Shown here: positions 39,799 to 53,482 of the stretch, in pieces
Layout of the letters: every line of letters starts with the position of its first letter
Position numbering within the stretch: position 1 is the stretch's first letter
Assembly (NCBI GenBank): GCA_050575255.1
Contig: JBNZDD010013660.1
Location: 2,810,463-2,874,462, forward strand
Direction: 5' to 3'
DNA length: 64,000 nucleotides
Source of the DNA: Harriotta raleighana
Lineage: Eukaryota
Translations under genes and position numbers: made by a program
The notes under the pieces: model-generated
The model's database searches: none
What the model saw: only the letters and a program-made list of their open reading frames with translations
What the model was told of the DNA's origin: nothing

Positions 39799-40172
39799 CA
39801 GTAAAAGCTTTGTTATCCGGCACCCTCGGATCAGGTGATGCCGGTTAATCAAATATGCCGGATATTCGAGCGGCAAATTACTGAAAATACTACACAAAAA
39901 ATTCACTTATTTTCAAACATACCATATTAATAATAGATTAAATAATAACAGAATATTGTATGGATACTTACCAATAAAGCATAAACAAATAGTACAGTCA
40001 ACCCTTGCAGAATGCGAGGGTTACGTTCCTGGAAAACAGCGCACTCGTAAAATCGCGTTCGGTAAGTTTAATAAGTGAGCATATGTGTGGGGGAAACCGT
40101 GTATATTCAAATTTTACTTGTGTTGTTGAGTGTACCAATTGGTTGGTTGCCGGATAACCAAGCTTTTACTTG
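39799..40172. mobile_element. CAGTAAAA-family MITE containing a second Tigger-like end at ~39995
   Basis: TIRs cagtaaaagctttgttatccggca / tgccggataaccaagcttttacttg with TA flanks. Internal TA + cagtcaacccttgcagaatgcgagggttacgttcc. Confidence 0.8.
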
Positions 40173-40184
40173 TATTTAGAAGGA

Positions 40185-40760
40185 AAGCTGCTGAGAGATA
40201 TCAAGAACACAGCTGCACCCACAGTTACAAGCAGTGTGGCAAATACATTTTGGTCAGCTGGATGTTTGACACAACCTGAAACTCATTACCGTGCTTAAAA
40301 CAAATCCATACCAAGATGATAATTCCATGCATCCCACCAGAGATAGATTGTTGGACTGGAATGTGCATACTCTCCCCAGCGGGATGGATCCTGTTTACCT
40401 AAGTCTGGAGAATATTATGCAAAAGTTGTCCAAGGCTTAAGGACAACAGAGTGTGTTGGGGTATTGCTGGAGGTTAACCAGCTAAAACCGCATAGCTTGC
40501 CGTTGAAAGGACTGTCTGGCAAGCTTTCCTGCTCCTTGAGCAGCTAAGACCACCTTGCCCATTAGGATTTTGTTTTACATGTTTAGTAGGAGATGCATGG
40601 GACGAGTCCCTGCTTCCAGTGACTGGTCTGACCATCCAAGTCTTGCTGATAGGCCAGCCTGGCTGCGCTATTATTAGCAGTGCCCTGGAATATTCCATTG
40701 CCAAACATGTCACCTTGGAGCCAGTTCAAGAAGCTTACTGCTCCCCACAAGGAGCAAAGT
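40185..40760 (+). repeat. Ancient CCAGCTAAAA-family repeat
   Basis: Core ccagctaaaaccgcatagcttgccgttgaaaggactgtctggcaagc at 40478. Confidence 0.7.
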
Positions 40761-41679
40761 AGGTCAAGCACATACACATAATTACCTATCATCTTAAACA
40801 CCTTTGTGGGACACGTTGAAACAGAAACAACATTAATGTTTGTGTTGAGGCAAGCAGAGAAGGAGTTCATATAACTTTTAGTGTTTTATATCTTGCAACC
40901 TTTAGGTCAGATCATGCAGGTAATTTGGAGTAACACATCAAGTGTACTTCACAGAAGGCATATTAGAACAATAATCCTTACATTTGATAAAACCTGATCA
41001 AGTTGTTGAGATGCCTAAAAGTACTTCATCAGATATAATGGATTCACTGTGTACTTAGTGGTAAAACAGCTACAATTAGTACAGCATTAAAGAATGCTAT
41101 GTGTAGAAGTGTCATTTTCCTTGTTGTATATTGGTACTGGTGTTATTAAAAATTCCCTGTGACAACACTTGAATGTGGTACAGAGTCTTCTCTGTGTGAG
41201 ATATGAAGGAGGTGGAACATAGGACACTTTATTGAAGCAAAGAAGTAATTCCCATCAATGGAACTTTAAGCTCCCCGAGAGCACTGATCTGGGTGGTGGG
41301 GGGACAGAATAAAACTTATTTTCCCAGCACTGCCATTCTTCACAGTGTCGAAACTGAAAAAATGGTCAAGATTTATTTTGTTTTGAGAAAGACTCTCTTC
41401 TTTACTGTGTAACATATTGTAGCTAACCATAGAAACAGGAAATGTGTGGCTGTTACAATTATGTGAAAGTGAAAGAAATTAGCATAATGTTTATCAATAG
41501 CTGTTTTAACCCAGTATTCACATGGTATTCAAAGTGATAATGCATAGTGAACTGTATATTTGTATTCAAAATAACTTTTCTCAAAAAGAAAAGCATGTAT
41601 GAAATTAAAGTAAGCAGTATGAAGCCATTTAAGGGGTGTATATACAGTATTTAGATCCTCAACTGTTTTTACTCCCCCA

Positions 41680-42197
41680 AATCCAGGCTCGACTACACCA
41701 ATGTCCTGTGTCCTCTATCCCTCCCAAGCTTCGTGAAACCATCTCCACCATGCTCACCTGACACCATCGACTCCCCATCACTCAGAGAATTCAAGGTCCT
41801 GGTTCTCACATTCAAAGCCCTCCATATCCTCGCCCCACCCTACCTCTGCAACCTACTAACCCCCCACCAACCTGCCCGCCTCCTCTGCTGAGCAGGCTCC
41901 TCCTGCTCCATGTCCCCTGACCAACTCACTCTATCATTGGCGGACAAGCCTTCAGCCACTCTGCTCCTCACCTGTGGAACTCCATCCCGTAGTCTCTCCG
42001 CCTCAACCCTCCCCAGCCTCCAAGTCCTGCCTCAAGACCCTCCCTTTTGACTGTCCCATCGGTCACCCCAAATCACCCTGTTTCCCTCCACCCTCTACAT
42101 CCTCAACCCCAGCTCACGTCTGAAACAATGTCTGTCCAGAGCCTTGGGACGTCCTCCTGACATGAAAGGTGCTATACAAGTGTCATTTTGTTGTTGA
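41680..42197 (+). mobile_element. L2 LINE 3' fragment
   Basis: SRLDY-coding start (tccaggctcgactac), L2 C-terminal remnants and tail. Confidence 0.85.
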
Positions 42198-42289
42198 TAT
42201 ATTGTACTTAAAACAAGAGTTTCTGGTGACAAATCAGCTTCACATTTCAAAATCGTAGACAAAGACAACATTTGCAGCCATTCATAATT

Positions 42290-42900
42290 ATACAGCTCCA
42301 TTCACATTGAGAGGACGTTTTGAAGAGATAGGTCTTAAGCTGGATTTTCTACATGGGGAGCGTGGGTCCCATGTGGACTGGCTCCTAGGTGCAGTTCCAG
42401 AGAGCAGAATGGCCAAAAGCTCACGCAATAATGGTGGTGTAGGTGCAGCTGGGGACATGAAGCAAGCCACAGTTAGTGCAATGGAAGGAGTGGCTGGCTC
42501 ATTCTGGTTGTTTGAGGTCACAGGGTGAGCGAGGCTGTAGAGGCATTTGAATTCAATCCTTGGGGAGATGGTGAGCCAATGGAGCCAAGTGAGGATGGGG
42601 TGATAGGCGCACAGATTCTTTTGTGGAATAGGAGATCCAGGCTGCAGATTTTGGATCTACTTTTGTGTACAAGGTAGCTCAGGAGACCAATGAGTAGTGC
42701 GTTAAAATAATCATACCTGAATGTGATGAAGGTGTGGATGAGGGTTTTGACAGCCGGGTGGGGATAGTGGCAGAGTTAGTGGATGATGCGAGTGATATTG
42801 CAGGGGTAAGGGAAAGCTGAATGAATCCTATCCTGAACGCAAGGCTTGAAGGACAAATTGGGTGGGGATAGGGGTCAAATAAGAATCCATTCTTCCGCAC
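42290..42900 (-). mobile_element. Degraded L2 LINE fragment
   Basis: Similar to the other minus-strand L2 copies (gagccaatggagcc...gatggggtgata). Confidence 0.7.
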
Positions 42901-43788
42901 CAGCTCCCAGTCTGTGACATTGAGTGAGCATCAGTGCAGGTCAATGCGTTCAGTGCCTGAGGTAATAAGGGAGCCAAGCAGGTTTTTAAATAAATCAAAA
43001 GAAAGAACTTGTGTTTTTATAGTTCCTCTTCACATCAAAAAGTCTCAAAAGAGTTTCACAAGTAATCACTGCTTTGTTGGCAAATGACCTTCCTCTTTTC
43101 AAATAGTTTCATTGAAAATGTTATTACGATTTCACCTAATGTAGCAATAATATTTGTAGTATTTGATAACTTTATGGCACTATTAATTCCAAAACATAGA
43201 ATAAAATAATCAGAACTGCAAATTTGACGCCACGATTTCTCAGTTTCACTTTCCTCGAGAAATCCTTTTTATTTTAGTGTGTTTGAGCGCGAGAGGTTTT
43301 TTAACGACATCAATCTGTCGCTTCACTGTGACTGCACTGGCAGTATTTAAACACACTATCCTTGAGGCCAGTTTGCTTAAGGGAAAAATGGTTGACATAC
43401 CAATTCACACATTTTGGATTTGTTAACCTCTTATTTCACTAAATATATATGTTCATTAAAGTTAGACAAGAGGTCAAGTGGGAGAGACACATATGGTGTC
43501 TATGTGGAGAAGAAAAAAAGCTTACACATTCTAGTAGCTTTCTAGCTACTAGAAAGCATAAATTTTTCAAATAGATCCACAAAGCAGTTCTGCTTACCTT
43601 TCCAGTGAATCCTTCACTAAGTTGCCCTATACATGTGATCTGCATGGTGAAATACATCACATCTTGTGGACCAGACGAGTGACTTATGACTGGAGAATAA
43701 AGAAACTTCCAATATATTTACACAGCCAATAACTAATACCTGTACAGGTTGTTATTACAGAAAATTATTATTTACACTGCGCTGTTGA

Positions 43789-44492
43789 AATCTCCCAGAG
43801 CATGAGCATATTTGCCTTTCTAAGCAGGTAAGATTTCATTTTCCAAGACTGCTAAAAAAAAANCATATTTGCCTTTCTAAGCAGGTAAGATTTCATTTTC
43901 CAAGACTGCTAAATATTTTTNAATCTCCCAGAGCATGAGCATATTTGCCTTTCTAAGCAGGTAAGATTTCATTTTCCAAGACTGCTAAAAAAAAATTCTC
44001 ATCCACTCACATTAAATTCATTGCAACACTTTTAGTGTGACATATATATTGCAATGGAAATCACAGAAAACATTTGTTTCTGCAAACAACACATGTACAC
44101 TTGTGTAATAACAGGTACACTACTTTAATTAGCATTTTAATTACCTCCTCAAGGCTTTGATGATTAAGCATCATGCAGTTAAGAGACTGTAACATTAACC
44201 TAGACACAGGCACAAAAACAATGGGATCAAGACTTGCATGTATTTTAATGCTAGCTCAGCATTATCACTTCAGAACAATTTGCATCTTCTTTCATTGTGG
44301 CATTTCACCTAATTCTTAAAGCAGNGATTAAGCATCATGCAGTTAAGAGACTGTAACATTAACCTAGACACAGGCACAAAAACAATGGGATCAAGACTTG
44401 CATGTATTTTAATGCTAGCTCAGCATTATCACTTCAGAACAATTTGCATCTTCTTTCATTGTGGCATTCCTTTCACCTAATTCTTAAAGCAG
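43789..44492. other. N-flanked duplicated segments, probable assembly/haplotype artefact
   Basis: Single n at 43863, 43921 and 44325, each followed by a re-run of the preceding sequence. Confidence 0.85.
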
Positions 44493-45257
44493 TTTCTAAC
44501 TGCATCAGATGTCAATTCTACAAGTGATAATATTCAAAGTGTTTTCCTATATCAAGAAATAACAATGTGGTTATATCGTCAAATCATCAATTTCAATTTG
44601 TACGTAAAGTATTTCTATCAATATCTCATATTAAAAGCCCTTTGATGTGTAAAATGCTCCTTTGACTCCATTAAGAATATTGCTATCATTAAAAAATCAT
44701 ATTTTCTTTTCTCGCTCTGCTTCCTAAAATGCATTACTTTGCATTTTTCTGCATTTCCTCATAATAATCCTTTTAGATTATAACAATAACAATAATAATC
44801 CTTGCACTTGATATAGCGCTTTTTACATCTTCCAGTGCTTCACCGAATATATAGTAAAGTGAATTGATTGTATATTTGTGGGTGAAATGCGGCAGCCAAT
44901 TGCACACAGGAATGCCCCACAATTAGTCGTGGATTGAAATGATCAATTTATTATTGTGTTTTTTTTGTGGGATTATTATAGTGCCATATCACTTGATCAA
45001 GACATCTCAAAGCACTTTACAGGATTTTGCTGTGAAGGTGAGAAAGGAGTCAACATTTGCTTATGTACAATGATCTTTAAAACCCCAGACTGACTGTCCC
45101 TGACTAAATCTTACCTTTTTCAGTCCTTACTAATATTATTTCTTATTATGGATTAAAGTTTACACAACATCAAAAACTTGCAGTTATATTGCATCTCAGA
45201 ATGCTTAACAGTGGGAGAGGCTGACTCCGAGCCAAGGTGAGAAAGATAACTGTAAGA

Positions 45258-46340
45258 ATCAATCAATCAATCAAAATTACATTTATATAGCGCCTTTCAC
45301 GTCGGAAGGATGTCCCTAATGTCAAGTAGGGATCAGAGTGAGGGGGGAGGGGTTGGGGGAAGGAAAGTAGGAAAAAAAATTGACTGTATATTTGTGGGCG
45401 AAAACTCGGCAGCCAAATTGCACACTTCGGTGTCCCACAAACCGTCATGAAAGTGGTGCCGGAGGAGAAAGGGGGAAAAGAGGGTAAGGGGTGAGATGGA
45501 AGGAAAGGTGGGGTGGGATAAAATCAGGGAGGAGAAGGGGGGAGAAAAGGGCAAGGGGGAAATCGGAGAAAAGGGGGGAGAAAGAGATTTCAAAAAAGCA
45601 TGATCAAAAAGGAAGGTTTTCAGGTGGAACTTGGATAGGGGGAGAGAGGGAACAAGGCAGAGTGATTGACAGAGAGTATTCCACAGTTTCAGGGCATAAT
45701 GGCTGGAAGTGTCACCTCCAATGGTGGAGCGGAGGCTGCAAGGGACAATCAAGAGGCCTGTGCCAGTCGAGCAGAGGAGAGCCAGGTGGTGGATTATAGA
45801 GTGAGGAGGTAGGACTGGGATGGAGTGCCAGGGAGTGAATGGATTTGAACATAAGTGTGAGGATCTTGGAAGTTGTTGCGTTTGTTGTTTGGGAGCCAGT
45901 GGAGCCTGGCCAGAACTGGTGAGATGGGGGTCCAGGTCAGCGTGCGGGCAGCAGAGTGCTGAATCAGCTGGATCTTTTGGAATAGTGGAGCTGGGGAGAC
46001 CAGCAAGGGCTGTGCTGGAATATTCCAGGCGGAAGGTGCCGAAACATACGCACAATCAATCAATCAATCAAAATTTTATTTATATAGCGCCTTTCACGTC
46101 AGGAGGACGTCAGGGTTTCACCTGCATTTGGAGTAAGATGTGGTCAGAGATGGGCAATGTAACGGAGGTGGAGGAAGGGGGCAGACAAGGGAGGAGAGAG
46201 AGCCCTGGTCATAGATAGAAATAGATATTTGTGACTTTCATAAGCGCAGCCTCTGCGCTATGGGCAGGGCAAAAACCAGACTGCAGGGGCGAAAGGAGGG
46301 AAAGGTGTCGCAGACGTTGGTTTGCAACAATGTGTTCCAG
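45258..46340 (-). mobile_element. Composite of minus-strand L2 fragments with an inserted SINE piece (~45375-45448) and an extra L2 tail (~46053-46110)
   Basis: IQLIQHSAARTL, PVLARLHWLP and KLWNTL...FHLKTFLF remnants; (AATC)n tails on the + strand. Confidence 0.8.
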
Positions 46341-47440
46341 GCTTCACTCCTTTCTCATTGACCATTCCCTCTTTGAATCCCTACAATCTGGTTTCAGTAC
46401 TGCCCATAGCACAGAGACAGCCCTGGTGAAAGTTCCTCATGACATTCTAAATATCTGTGATCAGGTTCTCTCTGCCTCCTTGTCCTCCTTGACCTCTCTG
46501 TTGCCTTAGACACTGTTGATGCCTCCATCCTCCTACACCACCTCTCCTCCCAGCTCAACTTTCATTTGCCTGGTTTGACTCACCTTTCTCACCATCTCCA
46601 CTTTGTTGCCACGAACAGCTTCTATTCCAGTCCCCGCACTGTCACCTGTGGTGTCCCCCAGGGCTCTGTCCTTGACCCCCTACTTTTCAATATCTACATG
46701 CTCCCACTTGGTGACATCATCCGCCGACACAGGGTCAACTTTCACATGTATGTGGATGACAACCAACTCTATCTCTGTGCTTTACCCTCGATTCCAGAAC
46801 CACTGCTGTCCTGACAGACTGCATCTCAGACATTAAGTCCTGGATGAGAGCTAATTTTCTGCAGTTGAATGTCAACAAAACCATGCCCCCCCCCCCTCCC
46901 CCCCGATTGGCTCGCGCCAGCGCCTTCACACAACAGGTAGTGGCAGCATCAACCTTCAGGTTACACCCTCCACCTCACCAAGCCAGTCAGGATCTTAGGT
47001 GTCTTGTTCAATCCTAAATTGTCTTTCCTCTCCCACATGCAAGCCATCACCCACTCTGCCTTCCCTCACCGCTGCAACATTGCCCAACTCCCTCACCACC
47101 TCACCCCTCAGGCTGCTGAAACCCTCATACACGTCTTCATCACATCCAGGCTCAACTACGGCAATGCACTGCTTGTCGGCCTTTCCAATTCCTCACTCCA
47201 TAGGCTGCAGCTCATCCAGAACCCCTGTGGACTATGGCCTCTACCGCTCCAAGCTCCGTGACCCCATCTCCCCATTCTCGCTTGACTCCATTGGCTCCCC
47301 ATCACCCAGAGAATTCAATTGAAGATCCTGGTACTCACCTTTACAGCCCTCCACCACCTCGCCCACCCTACCTTTGCAACCTCCTAACCCCCGACCAACC
47401 TGTCCACTGCATCCACTCAGCGGGCTCCAGCCTACTCCAG
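46341..47440 (+). mobile_element. L2 LINE reverse-transcriptase region, frameshifted
   Basis: LQSGFSTAHSTETALVKV, GVPQGSVLDPLLFNIYM, YVDDNQLY (YADD motif) and FITSRLNYGNALL occur in several frames. Confidence 0.95.
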
Positions 47441-47864
47441 CTTGTTATATCAGGCTGTTCACTGTTAGAGGGTTTGGCGATTTGCCACATCAAGAAAATC
47501 AAGAAAGGATCACTTTCAATTGAACATTATTTTATTCTGTCATAAAACCTATACAGTGTGTAGTTCATATTCTTCATACTTTTCTCAATGCAGTGTTTCT
47601 GCCTTGTTGACCAGTCCCAAAACATCCTCTGTTCTAGGTAACGACTGAGAAGTTTTGCACAGTTGCGATTTGTCTTTTTGAACTCATCCAGTGAAGGGAT
47701 AACCACTGTGCTTTTCACTTCCTTGTCACCAGGGAGAGATTCCCTTATTCTCTCCCAGGATCATTGTCACTGATTTAATAAGGTCCTCCTTACTCACAAT
47801 TGCTCTCATGTATTCATCAAATTCAATTTCCTGTCATTTTGTTTCTGAAATTCCCAGTGTTATC

Positions 47865-48145
47865 ACCAAGTGTGAGACCTGTGTTCAAATCCAGGCAGGT
47901 CAGGGCGAAACCTTGGGCAAATTTCCTTACTCCACACACGTAATAATAATCCCTCCAAAAAAAAACTGATCATTTCAATCCAGGACTGTTCGTGGGACAC
48001 TACTGTACATAGTTGGCTGCCGCGTTTCACCCACAAGTATGCAGTCAATTCACTTTACAGTATATTTTGTGAAGTGCCTTGAGATGTCTAGAAGACGTGA
48101 AAAGCACTGTATCAAATGCAAGGAATATTATTATTATTATTATTA
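47865..48145 (+). mobile_element. Young Deu SINE, 5' end clipped
   Basis: From the B box onward to the (ATT)n tail. Confidence 0.9.
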
Positions 48146-48415
48146 TGTCCCCTGATCCATCCGCCCCACCATTGGTTGACGAGCCATTAGCTTCTGGAAT
48201 TCCATCCCACAGTCCTTCTGCCTCCCCCACTCCATAGCCTGCTTCAAGTCCCACCTCAAGACCCTCCTCTTCGACAGTCCCATCGGTCACCCCAAATCCC
48301 CTCCTTTCCCTCCACACTCCCTGTGAACTTGTGTCTGAAATATTAACTGTCCAGTGCCTTGGGACATACTCCCAACGTGAAAGGCACATTACAAATGTAA
48401 TGTTGATGTTGTTGT
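48146..48415 (+). mobile_element. L2 LINE 3' fragment directly after the SINE tail
   Basis: tggaattccatccc...ctcaagaccctcctcttcgac and the (TTG)n tail. Confidence 0.85.
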
Positions 48416-48489
48416 TAGTAAAGAAAGGAAGATTGGAAATTCATTGAACAGAATTCGCACAAACTGGTTTATCAAACTGTCCTGAAGTG

Positions 48490-48825
48490 GAAGCCTGTAG
48501 CTCAGTGGTTAGAGCACTCGCCTCGCAAGCAATCGACCTTGGTTCGATTTCCAGCAAGACGAAACATTGGACAAGCTTCCTTATTGCACAAGCCTCTGTT
48601 TACCTAGCAGTAGGTAGGAACCTGTTGTTAATCAATTGGCTGAGCAATTTTCTGGGGTAATAGTTCCTTCGTCCCGCCCCCCGACACACAAAAAAATCAC
48701 TCAATGCACTACTGTGTGAAATTGGCTATCGTGTTTCGGCCACAAAATTCACTTTACGGTATGTTCTGTGAAGTGATTTTAGATGTCTCGAAGACGTGAT
48801 AAGGCATTATATCAAATACAATGAT
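48490..48825 (+). mobile_element. Full-length Deu SINE
   Basis: Head cctgtagctcagtggttagagcactcgcctcgcaagc...ggttcgattt, body and tail. Confidence 0.85.
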
Positions 48826-50829
48826 TTTTTTAAAAATCATTTTTTGGCTTATCCTTCTTCTGTTCTTGAACGAGGATGTTACAATACTGTAGTTGTCCTC
48901 CGGCTTTCTGGCACTATATGTCTAGAAAATATGTCTTTCCAAATATGTCTAGAAATTATGGTCAAAACCTCCACCATATCTTTTCCAACTTCCTGGGGGA
49001 AAAGGTCCAAAAAATAAAAATAAAGCACCTTGAAAGAAAACGTCAATCTACAATCCATTTGAAGTTTACTGAAGTATAACTGACGAGAAAACCATAAAGG
49101 GTCTCCTCTCTAGTCATCAGTAAATTTACGGACTTTGCTGGATCAGGATATTACATTCCCTGCTGTTCCATAAATGGATGCACCTTAGCCTGTGTGTTCA
49201 GAAATGAATTTTACATTGGATTTCATCACCCACCAAGGTCTACTGTATCAATTTACTGCCAACTGAAGTAACAAAGTATCTAAACCAGTGGGTTGAAAAG
49301 GCATTTGAATAGGAATATAGCAACGTAAATTGTAAGGCTCCTCAGGATATAAAGTGTCTCATGCAGAGAGCCCCATGCATCGCACTTTGACTCACAAGAG
49401 CCCTGCTCTGCTAAGATCCACCTGGAGTAGTTATTGCATGTCACCTTCACTGAAGACCAACTTTCGTTTTACAGCTGTTTGTGGGACATTGTTTTGTGCA
49501 AATTGCTAGGTTTACCAACAAATGCTCACTCACTGCATTTTATAGAAAATCCAATCAAGCCCTTTGAAGTTTCCCGACATGAAAGGTGCTCCATAAATGT
49601 AATTTTGTTGTTGTTTTTGTTGGATGTGAGATCCTTCATATCAAATGCAAGGATTATTATTAAATTTTCATCCCAAGGCTCTTTTTCCACCGCATATACA
49701 TTATTTTCCCATTCAAAAACTTTTTCAATTCCATTGTTAATTTTCAAATAGTTATGTACTTTTACTCTTAATTGAAAGCATCTGCAAGGCATTAATTCAC
49801 ACATCTGAAGCTATCATCAGCGGTATTAAATACCCATCATTGGTACTTCTGAAATTGTCAGCCAGCCTTGCTGTTTCTGTAGATTACACCAGCCACAAAG
49901 AAGTCTAAACTGAACCTTTAAATCCTACTTTTTACTTCAGTCATGCTTTTCTCATCCTCACATATTTCTACACATTATCTGAAGTGAACCAGAAAATGAC
50001 TAGTTGTACATTCATCAAAATGCCTGCTGTTTCACAGTTCCTGCATGACATTCTCAAATGTTCTATTTATATTTAAAAGACCATGAATTTTAAGCATCTG
50101 ACATGGTTGCATTGCTCTATGTCATCTTCTTTTGCAGTGACACATGCACACTCCACATGCCCTTGATACTACAGTGGGCGTCTGTCAAACGACAGTCACT
50201 AAATATAGAGACTGTTTCTTTACGTGTTAAAAATGGGATTTCCCATTATAAGCGGGTAATGAAAAGATTATTATTTTTAGTCTTCAGTGTATGATAGACT
50301 CCAGTGTGTCAATCCCTCAGAGACACAGAGAGAAAAGAAACACATGGTTGGAAATCTGGCTAACATTGCCTTTCTGGGGTTCATCTCTCTCACACAAACA
50401 CACATATTAAACCTAAGCAGTACTATTTTGGGAGATGAGGAAAACTCATTCATACATTTTGGAGCCAGTAATTCTGACTAACATAGCCTGACAACAGCTC
50501 CTAATGCAAATTTAATTGGATTATACTTCTCCGTGTATTAGATTGCACATTTGTGGTGAGTGGCAAGGATGAGAGGTGTGCAAGGGGTTAGATAGATGTA
50601 AGGGGGTGAGGGTAAAGTGGGAGATGGGGGTTGGGACTGAGGACAGATATTTTATAGTTAGCAACTTTCATGGTGTAACTGTGCAAGATGATTTTCATGA
50701 GTGGGTGGAGAGGGAAAGGATAAACAGCGCCAGAGCACACATTAATGCTGTGTAATAGCATTGAGAAGGTGGGGTGTGGGGGGAAGGAACACTGTTTGAT
50801 CTAGCTCAGTGACACAAAATATGATATAA

Positions 50830-51320
50830 TGATCATCCTTGTAATTGAAACAGCACCTTATCACATCACTGAGATGTCTCAAAACACTTCAAAGATTACA
50901 CTGTAAAGTGGTGTGACTGTATTTTGTTGGTGAACATAGCAGTCAATTTGTGCACAGGATTGTCTTGCAAACTACCATTGAGTGAGTGAGAAATTTTAAT
51001 TGAGGGATAGAATAACTCCCTTCTTTTTGCAAGTAGTTCAATGCCTTGGGACATCCTCCTCACATGAAAGGCGCTATACAAGTGTAATTTTGTTGTTGTT
51101 GTTGCTGTTGTTGTTGAGGTCTTTAATATGCACTTGAACCGAAAGATTGCACCTCGTTTTAACATCCGAAGGACAGGATCTGTGTCAATGCAGCATACCC
51201 TCAGCATTGTATTGGATTGTCAGCCTGGATTCATATAAATTCCAACTCCCGATGTGGGGCTCAAACCCACAACCTGATGACTCAGAGGTGAGAGAGTTAC
51301 CAACTGAGCCAGCCAGACAA
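50830..51320 (-). mobile_element. Older Deu SINE with an opposite-strand L2 tail inserted at ~51040-51115
   Basis: SINE tail, core and head in reverse; the insert reads ccttgggacatcctcctcacatgaaaggcgctatacaagtgtaatt(ttg)n. Confidence 0.8.
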
Positions 51321-52529
51321 CATAGCTGCAAAAGGAACAGCTGCGGATGTTTTTTGCTTCCAAATTAGTGAGCTTTCCAAACTTCTAGACAAGGTTACAT
51401 TTGGAAAAGATTAGCTATAACACCTACTATAGTCACAGAATTAAAAAATCTTTTGTACAGCAGGCAGCCATTTAGCCCATTATGCTTGAGCCACTGTTAC
51501 TGAATTAGAGGCCATATATATCAATATAATCACAATTAATCACACAGTCCTGAGTCTGTGTGATGAATTGCTTTCCCCACAATTCGATAGTTTGAGTGCT
51601 GGGTTAACTGACTGTCCTCCCTTGTGTCCATACATTCAGATGAACTTTCCTTTGACTCTCTCTACTTCTCATCGAGAAACCTCAACAAAGAAGCAATACT
51701 CTGTGAAGCACTTTGAAACATCCTGAAGACACAATAGGTTTATCATTATTAAAAACTAATTCAAAACATTTACAACAAACATTTACAAGAACGGAAATGC
51801 AATGTAAGAAAGTTTGTAAAGGACAAAAGCCAAATTAACCTTTGATAAAATGTGGGAGAAAAATGTAATTTAAAAGCAGATAGTTATTCAAACAGTTTGA
51901 CAGCCTGATTTACATAACAAAATAATAATTGCATTTGATATAATGCCTTATCATGCCATTGAGACATCTAATAACACTTCACATTATGCACTGTAAAGTG
52001 GAATTAGCACGTATTAGAAGCAGGGAGTGGCTCAGTCAGGCCAAGCCTGAATCAATCTACTTGTTAAAAACGAACACATTTCTGCTTCAGGCCTCTGAGT
52101 GTCTGGATGAAGAGAAGCAGCTGTAGCGAATGCAAGGGCTGAAGGTTTCTGTTCAACTTTCACAGCAGTCACTCCTGACCATTTCCTTGACTCACTTCCT
52201 CTCCTCACCACAGTCAATGATCATCTGGTAATGGCAATTTCGTTCTTCCCCGCTACTCGCAGATTAATCATTGCCGCCGCCATACTATGCAGCCCTGAGC
52301 AAGCAGTCAAATGACCTACCTTTAAACATTTGCCTTTGATAGCCTTACGCTGAGTACTCAGAAATCTAAAGAAGTAAAAGGTAGTTCAGCACACTTTTAA
52401 ATGATGAGTTCTTTGCACCTCCCCCAGTGGGATTTTTCCTCACACCAGAGACACGCAATTTTCTATGGTCCAGCCTTGAAATGTTAGATTGTGTGAAAGT
52501 TTGGAAAATAGGTGTCATAGACAGGCTGT

Positions 52530-53180
52530 ATTAGTGTTCTCACCTCTGAGCCAGAATGCTGTGAGTTGAAGCCCAATATTGTGAGTTTGTGTGAGATTGT
52601 CTTGGGGAGGGAGTGTTGCATTTTCAGAGGTGCTGCCTTCGAATGAGATATTAAACAAAGGCCCAGTCTGATTGTTTAGGTGAACGACAAAGCTCCCATA
52701 ACAATATTCACAATAAGAAGGGAGTTTCTCCTATTGTTTTGGCAACAATCCTCCAGGTAAAAAATTATTTCATTCACTTCAAGGCTGTTTGTGGGACATT
52801 GCTGTGCACAAAGTAGCTGCCACATTTGCCTATAAATAATAATAATTGCCTTATATAAAGTGCCTTACCACATCTTTGAGACATTTCAAAGCACTTCACA
52901 AAATATACTGCAAAGTGAATTGACTGTATATTTTGTGGGAGAAATAAAGGCAGTTAATTGCGCACTGCAGTGTCCCACAAAAATCATGGATTGATCGACC
53001 AAATTATTTTTGATTAATTTGAATACATTATTACCCCTAGAAAAGCGATCTGCCAATCGACAAACAACTGGATTTCTATGTATACTGCTAGGTAAACAGT
53101 AGTCTTTGCAGAGATTTTGAGAAGTTCTTTGAGACATTCTCTATGTTGTAGGCATACTATCAAATTCAAAGATTCTTCTT
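52530..53180. mobile_element. Older + strand Deu SINE interrupted by a younger - strand SINE (~52838-53098)
   Basis: The host breaks after tttgcctataaata and resumes near 53098 with its own tail. Confidence 0.8.
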
Positions 53181-53482
53181 AATGTTAACAAAATTCTTAA
53201 ATACATCTTTAAAATTTGGTTCGTTAAATTCAAAGATTCTTCTTGTTGTTAATACAATGCTTAAATGCAACCTTAAAAGTTGTTAAGCCAGGTTCTGCAG
53301 TTCTCAAAAAGACTGGCTTTCAAAATAACAGTGAATTTAAGAATTTTCCAAGAGTCTGCAAGATTGTACATTTTATGGCACAGCCTTAAGCCTAGGATCA
53401 TGAGAAATCTCAGCCCTCGGATGTTGGAAACCCCACAAAAGGAACCTATTCCACTTTCATCCTTCTGCCTGGATTCAAAGTA

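Noticed and set aside
39963-39972. U1 snRNA-like start atacttacc
   Set aside because: The similarity stops after 9 nt; it is part of the MITE core.
45333-46055. Longest ORF (240 aa) as a functional gene
   Set aside because: It is a patchwork of L2 C-terminal remnant, pyrimidine-rich 3' UTR and an inserted SINE piece.
46341-47440. Active or domesticated reverse transcriptase
   Set aside because: The motifs are split over several frames with stops, and there is no endonuclease domain.
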